The notes: generated from the sequence alone by a model not told the origin. 63,743 nucleotides of DNA, filler included, from Dirinaria sp. TL-2023a (GCA_051941275.1; 5 parts of 5 records of this genome joined end to end with filler, not necessarily neighbours in it), one strand, 5' to 3'. Shown: positions 13,548 through 29,100, counted from the whole stretch's first letter. Program-made: numbers and translations.

Positions 13548-14387
13548 CGTCGTGGGAAGGAGGTTGGTGCGCTCTGATTGAACTTGTGAATGAAATTTGA
13601 TATAAGATAATATAAAAGATAGACAAGATACTATCAAAAGCCCGGACTCTAGGTTCTCAACAATGATCCTTGCCCAAGGAATCTGTTTGTGTCTCGGATG
13701 TGTACGGAGACATAAGAATGTTTCTTTTTGTAAAGCTTCTCATGCGTTTGTGAAAAGTCGAACCCTACTTCTAGCGGGTATAAATCTTGATATAGTGTGC
13801 ATGACGATCTGAAATCGAATCGTTCACTAGTATGTTTTCTATAATCAACTGATCCCTTAGCTTTGCAAGAGTCAATTAAAGTGTAGGGTCGTAGTAGTAT
13901 TGGTATGTCATGATCGATCAGACATTTACCTCAATATTAGACTAAGCGCTAGGAAAGTTAGGTACATTTAGCGCTCGGTCTCCACATATCCGTTAAAGAG
14001 TACAGTAAAAAGACATTGGATCAAAATAATCGAGACAATAGAGATTAAAGCTGAATTTTGGACTCAACTTCTGAGAAATCGGAAGATCTGCACTTAACCG
14101 TTGATGTTCAAGTCCTGGGTTACAGCGTGATTAAATGAGACTGATTCGCTTACCAACACCCGTCATGTACACGCCATTTGTGCTGCAGAATTACGACAAA
14201 TACTCAGCCCCGCACATGCCGCCAGTTCCGAATGTGCTCGAGAGGCTGCCGACCACGGAGAAGTATGGGAAGCATTGTGTAGACTTTGCAGTAAGGCGTG
14301 TCTCGTCACCCAGAATCAGATGACACCTGAACCACAGGGCGTATATACGGAGAGACGCTGGAATTACAGGCCTATGTCCATATCACT

Positions 14388-15236
14388 TTACAGATCTGAG
14401 CTTTTAATAACGGTGGCAGAGACGTCGCCCAGCTCCGCCAACACGGTCTGATGTATGATATTTTAGTTCCAGGGAGGCTTGTAAAGTAGATAAAGGAGGG
14501 TACCTGAACGTACATCTACCAATTGCTCAGCCGAAGCTCCCGGAATATCACGGTCCCCGATGGCATCGCTTATCACAGAGACATCGTAGCCAAGCTCGGC
14601 TGCTGCTCGTGACGTACCGGACACGCAGACATGAGCCTTTAAAGGAGGATCAGCCTAGTTGACTTCGAGGGCGTAGATCAGCACCCACCATATAACCTAA
14701 TGGAATGAATCAGCGACTTTATATCTAATTTAATGTATCTAAATTAATATCATACCTGCGAGAACAACCTTCTTCTTGCCGGTCTTGTCAATCTGCTCCT
14801 TGAGATCGGTCTGGGTAAAGGAGCTCGGGTGAGATTTGTGTATGACCTGGTTACACAGATTCAAAATAATGTCAGACTTCTCACTTCTGCATCATGCACC
14901 AGGGCCTAGCGAGGAAAAACGCACAATCTCCCCTTCGCGGGGCTCCAGCTCGGAGAACTCCTCAGCGAGATCTGTTCCAGGTGTAAAGAGAGGCGCCCCT
15001 TCCGGCGTGCTGTGCGTCACATGCACAACATCGCCCCCCGCGTCGCGATACTTCTTCAGAACAGCTCCAATATTCGCGCGCGATTCTGCGACGTTTGAGA
15101 CCGCCAATAAGCCATGATCGTACTCATTTTGAGCATCAATGATGACGTAGACGCTATCCTGCGGGGTCGGATTCGATGGCGGGATACCGAGGAGAGAGCG
15201 AAAGCTTTTACCCCTTTGTCCGGCTTCTTCGGCCAT
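14388..15236 (-). CDS. Isochorismatase-family cysteine hydrolase (multi-exon)
   Basis: [11 protein letters not shown]...[14 protein letters not shown]. Later exons give [37 protein letters not shown], and TVLAELGD...SSDL* ending at 14388. Confidence 0.85.
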
Positions 15237-16397
15237 GATGTATACTCCCTGATGAAATGAGTTAAGGTGATTTAGGGGTTTCGCCAACAGTCTTTGCAGG
15301 CCACATAAGTCGCCACTGAGGAGTAACGTCAAGACGAGATCCGTGTATCCGGAGGCCATTGATTGGCTGCGAAAGAGGCGAGCACCGCGCGGCTGATGCG
15401 GCTACTTTTCATTTCGCTGTGTCCTGACATTTCCGATGATAGCAATCGTAGTAGAGACAGGCACTTCCGACTGCAGGAGGGTAGCTTGCATAATCCCGTA
15501 GATGGCGTGAACCACGTCACTCACTCTCTTTGATCTGCTAGGTCCTTGAACAGCATCGTCTTCCTGCCATACACCATCCGTATGTAGGGCCTAAATGTAA
15601 CAACTTGAACTCCATCAAATAGCCTGACTCCGATGGGAGAAAGTTGAACAACAACAGCTATTACATGGAGTTTGCCAAATCGCAGGAGCCCTTCACCACG
15701 TACTTTTACCGTATGGCCGGCTAGCCGGTCCGAGTTCCGGCAGCCCTGGAAGTGCCCTGACTTCGGATATCTCGGGATGGATCGCAGCGACTGCAAGGTA
15801 AGATCCGCTCACGGCTTTGCGTATCTTTACACCTTACCAAATCTAGTAAAGACCCAGCTCGTATATCAAACTTATCAAACGATTGATGTACCGTCGATGT
15901 GGCCCGCTGAGAAGCTAGTATAGCGAATGACTCTTCGTGTTGCCCGAAGGGTATCTCGAAGTACACGAGAATGATCGCTGAAAGTCTCCTACGATCATGC
16001 CTCTTCAGCCGAGCGAAAATGGTCGACGCTGCGTATAGCGTAATGCTGCTAGAGAAAATTCCAAAATGATTCGTTCTTGGTTGTGGGTGTAATATTGACT
16101 ATACCAAGTTGAGTGTAGGAGATTCACAAAAATGTCTTTGAAGTCAAGCATAAGCGTCTATGTGGAAACCGGAGTCGCATGTACAGTTGCGCTTTACTGA
16201 GTAGACTAATATAGTGTGGCAAAAGTTACACAAGGAACCGGAAGATGTGAGTAAGTGCTTACTTCCGCTGCAGTCAGCAGCCGCCTTGCTCAGCCCTGTA
16301 TACTGTAGGCATTGTGAGTCAGACTCAGCAGAGCATCATAAAAACCTCGATATGGTTCAGAAAACAGAGCTATCGCACGAAGTCAGGCCTGGACAAG

Positions 16398-17222
16398 ATG
16401 GCCGAGAATATGAGGATTGTGGCTTTAGAGGATGGGAAAGTCCAGCTTCGAACTTCGCGTCTTATTCTGCGCCCAGCATACACAAGCGACCTTGCCGACC
16501 TTCATGGCATGATGAGCAATGACGATGTAATGCAGTACTGGTATGGAATATATCCGTCCTTCGTCTCTGTTTCTCTTCTTTAAACCAAAATCTTTTGTGT
16601 TATAAATTGAGGAGTCTCAGTCGTATTTACAGCCTGCAGGTCCTGTGCACCACACACAACGATTTCTCAAACTCACAAATATCTCACCGAGATGATTGAT
16701 TCCCCCTGCAACGGAGTCCTCGATTTCATGCTCACGCTGCGCTCCGACCCCAAGATTTGCATTGGCGGCATAGGCATTTTCTCGCCGACAAAGGCGGAGG
16801 TGGGGTATTTGCTGGGACGTGAGCTTTGGCGGAGGGGATACATGCTAGAAGCGATGAGCGCGTGGCTAGACTATGTTTGGAGTAATGACTGTATCTCCCT
16901 CATGGATCAGGTGCGTCGCAATAAGCTTGCCGAAATGAGAGAGAAGGAAGAGGAGGAGGGAGAAGAGGAAGAGGAGATTGCGGTGGAGGAGGACCGGCCG
17001 AGGAAGAGCAAGGACGCCAATTTTACGTTTGTGGGAACTGGGTACGAGAACTTTAGGGTGGAGAAAGTAATGGCGGATGTGGATCCGAGGAATGAAGCCT
17101 CGCTAGCACTACTGAGGAAGGTGGGTTTCATAGATGTTGGAAGGAGGGAGAAGACGTTCGAGACCCATTTGGGTTGGTGCGATACTATTGATTTGGAGTT
17201 GGCACGGTCGATAGTGGATTGA
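16398..17222 (+). CDS. GNAT (RimJ/RimL-like) acetyltransferase, one intron ~16541-16639
   Basis: LRTSRLILRP, EVGYLLGRELWRRGYMLEA, ADVDPRNEASLALLRKVGF. Internal poly-Glu insertion. Confidence 0.85.
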
Positions 17223-17450
17223 GGTTTTCCGATAAAGTCCTGGTGTATTGAGCATGTGGTGCTTGTGCCGCTTGAGAGAGGATTTGAGCTTCTGGTTTCC
17301 CTGGTTAGCGAGGTGTCCTGGATTTATATGTAATATGTAAAGGATATATAGATGAGAAATGGGTGTAAGACTGCTAACGGCTTTGGCCTTTGGATAATCG
17401 AAAACGACGGAGGAAACCATATGGTATAAAGGTAGAGTAGAAGAAGAAAG

Positions 17451-18290
17451 AAAAAAAAAAAAAAAGTATCATCAGAAGCTCTAGAGGGTTTATGAAATGT
17501 TTTACTTACAGTTTGGGTTTGTTTTCCGATCTGTTTCCCGATTCGATTTTCGGTTCGTCTCCCGGTTCGGTTGGTCGTTGTACTTGTTCCCTTATCCCGT
17601 TGTTTCGCTTTGCACCGGGCGGATTCTCAGGTGTGGATCCATATCCAGGTTTCAACTCCGCCGGGGTCTACTCACAAGTCTGCGGTAGATGGTCGCGGGG
17701 AGAATTATACTCGGCGGAGCAGACATACCCTTCTCCCCCGCCCGCAGGCGAGGGCACTCGCATTCGTCCAGCACCATATCAGACAGGGAGCAACGTCCCG
17801 GCTCCGGAGGGGTTCCCGTATACCATGGGCGAGGCACAGTTCCCTGCCCCAGGGCCTGGGTCACCGGCCATCTATCTGATGTAGATGGAATCGCGGGTGG
17901 AATTATACTCCTGTGAGCAGACAACCCTTCTCCCCCTCCCGCAGGAGAGGGCACTCAATTGGGTCCGGTGTCCCCACACCGGCTGTCACCGGCCATCTAT
18001 TGACCCACGAACTTGCTTTCGGCCCCGATGCGTCGTATTCGCCTATTTGGCACCTTTGAAAGCCTATTGGTTGTTAGCGAAACTTTTTGGAAGAGGGTTT
18101 TGTACGCGTTTTGGCTTGGGGTTTTCGTAGCGAGGTTGAAGTGGTGATTTGGTTTGTTAGGTGGGTTGGGAGGTGGTTGGTGGATGTTTTGAATAAACTG
18201 AAAAGACTGTATGGCATTAGCGAGGTTCGAACACAGAGCTTCTGATAATTTTTCATAGCAGAATATTGCCAGTTGCGCCATGTTTTTGGG
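17451..18290 (-). ncRNA. Candidate RNA polymerase III structured ncRNA or tRNA-headed SINE-like element
   Basis: Minus-strand A-box TGGCGCAACTGG (18280-18269), B-box GTGTTCGAACCT (18234-18223), two tandem multi-stem domains (18000-17881, 17875-17685), a third hairpin (17664-17615) and a T15 run (17465-17451). Confidence 0.5.
17685..18000 (-). repeat. Tandem duplicated structured unit (191 and 120 nt), each closed by ATAGATGG...CCATCTAC
   Basis: Both copies share the blocks ATAGATGGCCGGTGAC, GAGTGCCCTC.CCTGCGGG.GGGGGAGAAGGGT, TGTCTGCTC....GAGTATAATTC and CCGCGA..CCATCTAC. Confidence 0.93.
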
Positions 18291-18860
18291 ATGTGGAAAT
18301 GAGGTTTTATTAGGAATATTTACGGTGGTTTGCGGAGGGATACAGACAAGTCCAAGGCTGGCGGGATGGGTGGATCGGCATATTATTTGTATGCAGCCAA
18401 TCCCAAATAGCAGCCGCTGCCTATTCTCTGAATAAGGTAGTTGCTGATGGCACTTTTGCTAGTTTCCCTATCATGTTAGAGTACGCAAGCCTGAGAAGGA
18501 CCAGGCTTATATTTCTTGTCAAGACCGGCATATTGGTGTTTAGCACTATAGACGTCTCTGAATATCCTTCAAAAGATAAGCTTATTAGTCCGATGACTGG
18601 TCATTGGAGATGATTTTCAGATACGAGTTATGAAATCTCATGGTGTGGATAAAGAGGATCAAATTCCATTTGTGAGATCCTGTATCAACTTCATAAAATC
18701 AAAGTAAAGTGAGAAGTAATTTCGAGTCAACCAACCTCTGAACTTCTACATGAAGCTTGCCATACGAAAAAATACTCGCAGCACCCTAGATGAACCTTCG
18801 AAGCGCTACCTCAAGCATTATATGCAAATCCTGGGCAGTGAGCTTCAGACCCGCCATGCT

Positions 18861-22731
<3,871 letters not shown>

Positions 22732-22754
22732 TCAGAATTTGGTGCGGTGAAATG

Positions 22755-22792
22755 TGACGCGGTGGTGAGAATTCGCGACCGAGGGGACGCGT
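22755..22792. promoter_or_regulatory. MCB-like (ACGCGT / CGCG) cell-cycle elements upstream of SMC5
   Basis: ACGCGT at 22787-22792 plus GACGCG (~22756) and TCGCGA (~22773), within 80 bp of the SMC5 ATG. Confidence 0.4.
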
Positions 22793-23853
22793 AGGATATG
22801 CGCCAAGCCTTGCCCAGACTTGCCAAGACGCTTTTAGATTTAGAGGCATTCTAGAACCAACCTCCAACTTCAACAGAGAGTACGGAGCCTCAACCCTACC
22901 GACGATGCGATGCATCGGACGATAGTTCATGGCATCCTAATCTAAGGTCTGAAGTAAAAGTACACTAACCCACCCAGAACACCAAGCTCAGCCTGGACAA
23001 AAGCGTGGATCTCTATCACTCAGCTCCCACTTTACTTCACTCCTCTCTACAGATAACGCCAAGATCCCGGTCTGCTATGATGGCCCAGAACTTACTCGTT
23101 TCTTTTACCGAAGGTGCGGGACTAATCAACCACCACATTCGAAATTTTGCAAGCTAAGTAATCCATTGTATACTTTCTCCTGATAGTCATGCCACAACCT
23201 CAGATGCTGAGCCTCAGACTCTCAATATCAAACTCGTAGAAATCATTTGGACCTTTTACCGGATCTGATATCCGTAGCTCAAATCCAAACTCACATATTC
23301 TCATAAGATCATGAATTCCTCCCAGCAAAACTCCTCAGCCCTGTATTGATCCATGTCTCCTCCCACACCATATGCCAGAAATCCTCTTCATCCAAGGACG
23401 GTCCCGTGCCTGGAAAAGGTCTGTAGGGATTAAAAAAGAAAAGCATCTGCAATCCCCCTCTACCACCTCATCGCACCGTTGAGTTCTGAGTCACCATTCC
23501 AATCATAACTCCACCCTATCCTAAGCCCCCCCCCTACATGAAAACCAGATGCACCAATAGTACGAGATAAATGCGTCGTGTCATAAACCATGTCCTTCAA
23601 AACTCGTCTGCCCCCATGTATGCCGCCGCCGCCTCGACAGACGCTTCCTGTCCAGCAGCAGCCCAAAAGCAGTTAATTTCTGTCGCGAGATCCAGCAGCG
23701 GCGCTGGCGCACCATTCGCATATTTGTAGGCATTGTACCAGACGGCTGACACGCGGACGGATATGGATGGTAGTTTGAGTAATGGAATGATTCCTTGGCG
23801 GAAGATATCATGAGGATACGATGGTATGATGGTGGTGCGCCAACTCGGCAGGG

Positions 23854-25363
23854 TTATAAGATTAAAATTTGGGATTGATACTGATAGAATCGGTTGAACG
23901 AGGTAGGCCGTAGGGTAATCTCCGTGTTCTGATTCTCAAATCTCTTCACCGCGCGATTTTGTCTGCGAATGTTAATTAGATCCTCGCTTGTGATGGTGCG
24001 AAGTGCGGCTTTCTGTTTTAGCTGCGCAGATAATTTTTCGTACAGAAGTCTACCATGCTCGCTCAACATGTCCATTCTCACTAAGTTGACGTCGGCACCG
24101 TGCTTGAAAAGCAGTTTCAAGGTCTCATCAAACTCCGAATCCCATTCGATATTTAAAGAAAAGCCGTATTGGTTTAAGACTCTTTCAAGAGCTGACTCAT
24201 CGTAGTCTGATCGAACATTCGGATCCGCTCCATTGACTAATAAAACTTTCACAGAGGGAACATACAATTGACCACAGGCTGCTTCTAACGCCGTAACGCT
24301 CTCAGCATTAGCATCGGACGTGACTTGAGTTCGAACATTGATATTGACTCCGTATGCTAGAAAAATCTGTATCAAGTGCTCTCTGTCCTTGTGGGTTGCT
24401 GCAATCACTAGACCCTTAGCGCCGTCGGCACCATATTCTAGAAGCGCTGCAATCATAGAGGAGTGATTGTTATATATGACTGCAGTTCCGATCGCAGGCT
24501 GATAATCTCTTGCATAAAGACGAATGCCGCATGCATCTTCAGTATGAACGTCAGCTTTGTGGGCCAATAGTTCTCTGATCACGTTGACTTCGCGCCAGTG
24601 CAAAGCTTCCGCCAGCGGCGTTCTTTCAATGTTCAGTATGGAAAGCCTAGATTGATGAGGTATCTTCGCATTTACATCGACGCCGCAAGCGAGCAGATGA
24701 CTTGTTGTTTGCGGTAAGCGGAAGTGCAGCGCAAAAGACGATGATCCCCGCCAGACTCGGGATTCGTCTTTTGAATGCGCATCAAAATTAGCATACACGA
24801 CACACTCAGCACAATGACCTTGTAAGTTGAGCCATAGATGGTAAGTCGGACGGTCGGCCATGAAGAGCTGCAGAGCAATAGGACCACAAGCAGAACTCTT
24901 CTCTACTACATAGTATCTCTAAATGATTAGGCCATCTCGATGCCGCCAATTGTGCAAGTGGGTACTTTAGATGGTATCTGTCGATTGAATGCTCGATTTT
25001 GCCATCATCAGCTCCAATATCATGATCGAGACATAGGAGATATGCGAGGTATGCCTGGGCAATGAAAAGGTTGCTGGAGATCTTGTCCATGTACCAATTA
25101 CTCGTAGAGCTGCAGCAGATCCTTTCCGATAGTAGAAATTCCTGTACTGAGAAGTGCGCCAATCTGATAATTGAGCTTCCTTCGATCACGCCATCCGTAG
25201 CGGTCTCGACAGTAACCAGGGCAGAGCACATCAGCGGCACATCTTCCGGATCAATCAATCTCCTTTCTGCCGCCAATCGGGGTGAACTGTCTAAGTCGAT
25301 AGGTAAGATCTCGGCGGCTTGAGAAACACTTATAGGTCTATCAGTGAAAATCAATAATGTCAT
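23854..25363 (-). pseudogene. Frameshifted fragment of a NACHT-ankyrin NLR-like gene (winged helix + ankyrin repeats)
   Basis: ORF 25363-24806 has the post-NACHT winged helix (RPISVSQAAEIL..RLAHFSVQEFL..YPLAQLAASRW). Ankyrin repeats continue in another frame (24861-23854). No NACHT P-loop before the contig end. Confidence 0.65.
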
Positions 25364-25497
25364 GTAAGGCCATAATCATTGTTCTGATGGCGAGATTATC
25401 TGATGCTGATATAATCGAACATCGACAAGGATGAAGAAGGCGCTACAGTGACGATCCACTATGTTGTATTTTAGGTAGTATCGAGGAGAAGTCTTAA

Positions 25498-25597
25498 NNN
25501 NNNNNNNNNNNNNNNNNNNNNNNNNNNNNNNNNNNNNNNNNTTAATTAATTAANNNNNNNNNNNNNNNNNNNNNNNNNNNNNNNNNNNNNNNNNNNN
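25498..25597. other. Artificial contig linker
   Basis: N44-TTAATTAATTAA-N44. Confidence 0.98.
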
Positions 25598-25893
25598 AAA
25601 AACAAAAAAACAAAAAAGAAAAAAGCGCGCAAGGCAAAAGTGTCCCTCCTTCAAAGGGTGGAAATGAAAGATCACGATTAAGGTAGATATTTATTTATTT
25701 CGGTAACTTTTTTTTTTTTTGGGATTAATAATAATAATGTACCGTAATGTATCTATTGTTAAACCCCCCTGGGCTTGCAACAATGTACGAGTACAGCAAG
25801 GTTGTTGCACGCAATTTGTTCTTTTCTCTTCTCTTGATATACATAATGATGTACGCAAAGGGGGGGCGATGTTTTCTTTTTTTTGTACATGGT

Positions 25894-25968
25894 GATCGAT
25901 CGATCGATCGATCGATCGAAAACTCTGCCTCCATCATGAACAAAACTGTACTGTACTGTACTGTACTG
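25894..25968. repeat. (GATC)n and (GTACT)n microsatellites downstream of BUD4
   Basis: GATC x6 at ~25894-25918 and (ACTGT) x4 at ~25945-25968. Confidence 0.85.
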
Positions 25969-26123
25969 CGAAAGCAAGAGAGGAAAAGGAAAAGGAAAAG
26001 CCAGCATGGTAGTACTACTAAGAAAAAAAAAAAAGAGCTTCTTGCAATCATAAAAGGTAGCCACCGTGCACAAACCGACCGACTGCGCCTGACTCGACAC
26101 TCCTCATCAGGTGGAAAAAAAAA

Positions 26124-29100
26124 TCAGAAGATCATCGACCTCGTCTTCTGCTTCGCGGCTTGCCTCCTCTGCTCGATGACCGCGTGCCGGGGATCCTTCT
26201 CAATGGGCGGGGGAGCGTAGGATCTCCTCGTTTCCGCTTTCGCGGGCGGCAGTGGTGCGGAGCGTGCTGGTACGGCCACGGCCTTCTGCTGTTCGGCCTG
26301 CGCTGCTTTGGCAGCGATGGCCCTCTGTTTTGCGAGCACCAGATCCGTCCACGCCTTGGGTTTACTCGAATCCTTGCCCACGACCTCTGCCAAGACCTTC
26401 ATCCAGCCATCCTTGTCTGCCGCGCTGTCCGCGTAGAAATCAATGGTCTCGCCGTTGGCGAAGCGGATCCGGAACCCTTCTTCGACGAACATGTAGCCCT
26501 CTTCCTCTTCTGCGAAGGCGGATTTGCGGCGCCCGCCAGACTTGGCCGAAGTCTCCCTCTGAGTCAAGGCGGATTTGTCGTCGATCAGCTTGCTGGCTTT
26601 GGCGAGGTTGATGGTTGCACGCGGTTGACGCGTAGCCTCATGATAGGCTGTGAATTTGGAGCCGTTGAGAGTGAAGAAGCGCCGACGCCAGTACTGTAAG
26701 TACATGTCAGTAATGGTTCTTCTCGTACGTGGAAACGTCATTAGTCAAAGCTTACTGGGCAGTCGCCACCTTGCTGGCTAAGGTGTCCTTCCCAGGACTT
26801 TGTAGAGCTAGCTTCTGCCTCCTTGAGTTCGCGTATGCAAGCGTTCATGCTCTTTGGCATGTCATCATCCTTCGCTCCTTTCGGCTTCGGAACGAACAAA
26901 AGCTGAAGTTCAAGCTTACCGACCCGGTACGGGGCTTTACGCTGTACGCCAGTGCTCATTGCACTACGCTTGCTCTTGACGCTGCTCATACTCTGTACAT
27001 CTTCTGTCGCCCATTCGTTGAAGCAAGGTACATCGACAGTGAAAGGCTTGCCGTACGCGTTAGATTCATGGTCCTTCAGGCAGACGTAGGACCTAGCAAA
27101 GCTACCGTCCTTGGCTACAAGGTTGTGCAGCAAGTCCCAAGCGGTCGGATTAGTTGCTCGTCGATTTGCTTGAGCTTGTTGCTGCCTCTGTCGCTCAGCC
27201 TTCTGTGCTTCTTCCTGCTGCTTCATCTCAAGCTCTTTTCGCTTCTTTGGAGAAGCGAAAACACGACTGAACGTTGAGGCCTTGGGTGTCTTGACGCTCT
27301 TTGTTGGAGACTCAGGAATAGGTTTAGCCTTCGGTTCCTCTAACTTCGTTTGAAGTGTCAGTTGAAATTCGAGGTCGTTCAGCACGACAAGTTCGAATTC
27401 CTGCCCTATAGGAGCAGTCTTGCCCAGTTCAAGCCATGCCGTTGTCACGCAATGGAGACCATTATCCAGCGTAAGTGCGAAGTATGAGCGTTCTCCTATA
27501 ATAAGTTTCAGCTTCTAAGACCTCAGCCAAATTTCCTTAGAGGCTCACCTTTCGGCAGTGGCAGGTCAAGGTCCTTGACCCGCAAGACCTTTACGAAAAG
27601 TCGACCACGCTCAGCGCCATCTTCGAAGTCTTCTGCGTTTAACATTGCCTGGTCCTCAGCAACACTATCGAGGCTGCTAGCGACGTTGCTGGCTTGACCC
27701 GGCAGTGGAGGTGCAGGCCCGCTCAATGGCTTCTTCTGAGGGCTGCCACCAGACTGCCGGATGCTCTTGCGTCTGATCTTACCGTTCCAAGGCTCTGTGG
27801 TCCAGGTCTGCTGGCTCGCTTTCCGAGGCGAGTTGCCTGCGGATCTTGTACCTCGAAGTGAAGGGTCTACGGCGTCCACAACGTCCGGCTCAGACTCGTG
27901 AGATGCGCTGCTGGCAACAACGACTTTTGTATTCTGTCTCATAAGATAACCCTTCTGTGTACGGAGACGTCTGTCAGCAACGTTTCTAGGAACAGGCCTA
28001 AACCCTTGGCCACCAATGTACTCTGCATGGCCTAAAGATGGGGACTGCAAGGGTACACTCGAAGAAGAAAACGTGTACGGCACCTTTTGGGCTTCGATCA
28101 AACGATCGAATTCCTTGTCAAGGCCAAACCCAGGTCCATCGGTCTCTGCCAGAGGAATGTCCAGCGGTACCAGGCTACTCTTGCGCTTTTCTTGTTTCGA
28201 GGGGTCCTTATCTGCTGCGTCGAGTCCTCGCTTCGTGTCATTCGGATCGAGAATAGATGTATCTCCTTCCACAATCATAGAAGGGCGGTTCTGGTGCCGC
28301 TCTGGGATCGGTGGGACAGCTGGAACTTCTTGACTAACCTGACGACGTGTCTCAGCCATGGCCTGAACGTCAGCCGGTGTGATTGAAGGTCGAGTCTTCA
28401 GTTTACTTCCTGGCGCTTTGATAGTAGCAACAGGTTCAGGCACGCCTGGTGAGTCCGGTGTGGGCGACTCTAAGACTGGGTGACGGATCACCGAATCTGG
28501 TGTGCCAGGGTCGTTACCAGATTCCTGGTCTTGGACGGAAAATTTAGGAGGCTGCAATTGTTCAACAGGCGTGATTGGTCTTTGCAAAGCCTGTTCAACT
28601 CGGTCTCGTTCCTCTGATACATCTTGCTTAACAGGCTCATCCTCTGCCATTGGCGGACTTGGGGTCAGATAAGGATCCAAGCCAAATCCGAAGTCTTGCT
28701 CTCCAAGCATAGCTGCGAATTGTGGGAGCGACATCCGATGGGCTTTCTTAACCTCGTCTTGTTTGCTCTGTGTCGGCGTACCTGCGCGGGGGGTGGGCGG
28801 CGCTTCATCGCCATTGACAGCTTCTGTTGGAACGAATTGTCGCTCTTCGCTCTTTGAATCTGTGGAATAGTGACTCTCATCGTCATCGTATTGCATTTCG
28901 CTATGGCCATCCAATCCATCACGCCCATCCAAAGACTCCGCGTATGCTTCAGCCTGCAGGTGCTGCCTATATAGATCCGGGATCGAGTAAACATCCACTT
29001 CACCGTCCTCGTCCTCTTGTTTGATGAAAACACTGTCCTCGGTGGCTGTTACTTCGTTTCCAGTCTCCAGAGACGGAAGTGGAGTGTCCGGATCTAGATT

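Noticed and set aside
15521..15966. Possible gene remnant between the isochorismatase and GNAT genes
   Set aside because: Only short stop-interrupted frames with no recognisable family.
17685..18000. Canonical HDV-like, hammerhead or hairpin ribozyme, or TPP riboswitch
   Set aside because: The GGCCGG start has no matching P1 partner after the P3-like stem. There is no CUGANGA/GAAA core in the units. Hairpin-ribozyme helix 2 and AGAAACA are absent, as are the TPP UGAGA/CCUGA motifs.
17492..18281. Short overlapping ORFs (e.g. 17492-17884 +, 17997-18281 -) as protein-coding genes
   Set aside because: No recognisable domains. The two repeat copies differ by frame-breaking indels while base pairing is preserved, which favours an RNA-level explanation.
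18205..18290. Functional tRNA gene
   Set aside because: The acceptor and D stems do not pair and no clean 7-nt anticodon loop is present.
25725..26220. 157-aa and antisense ORFs downstream of BUD4
   Set aside because: Made of microsatellites and A-runs in the BUD4 3' region.
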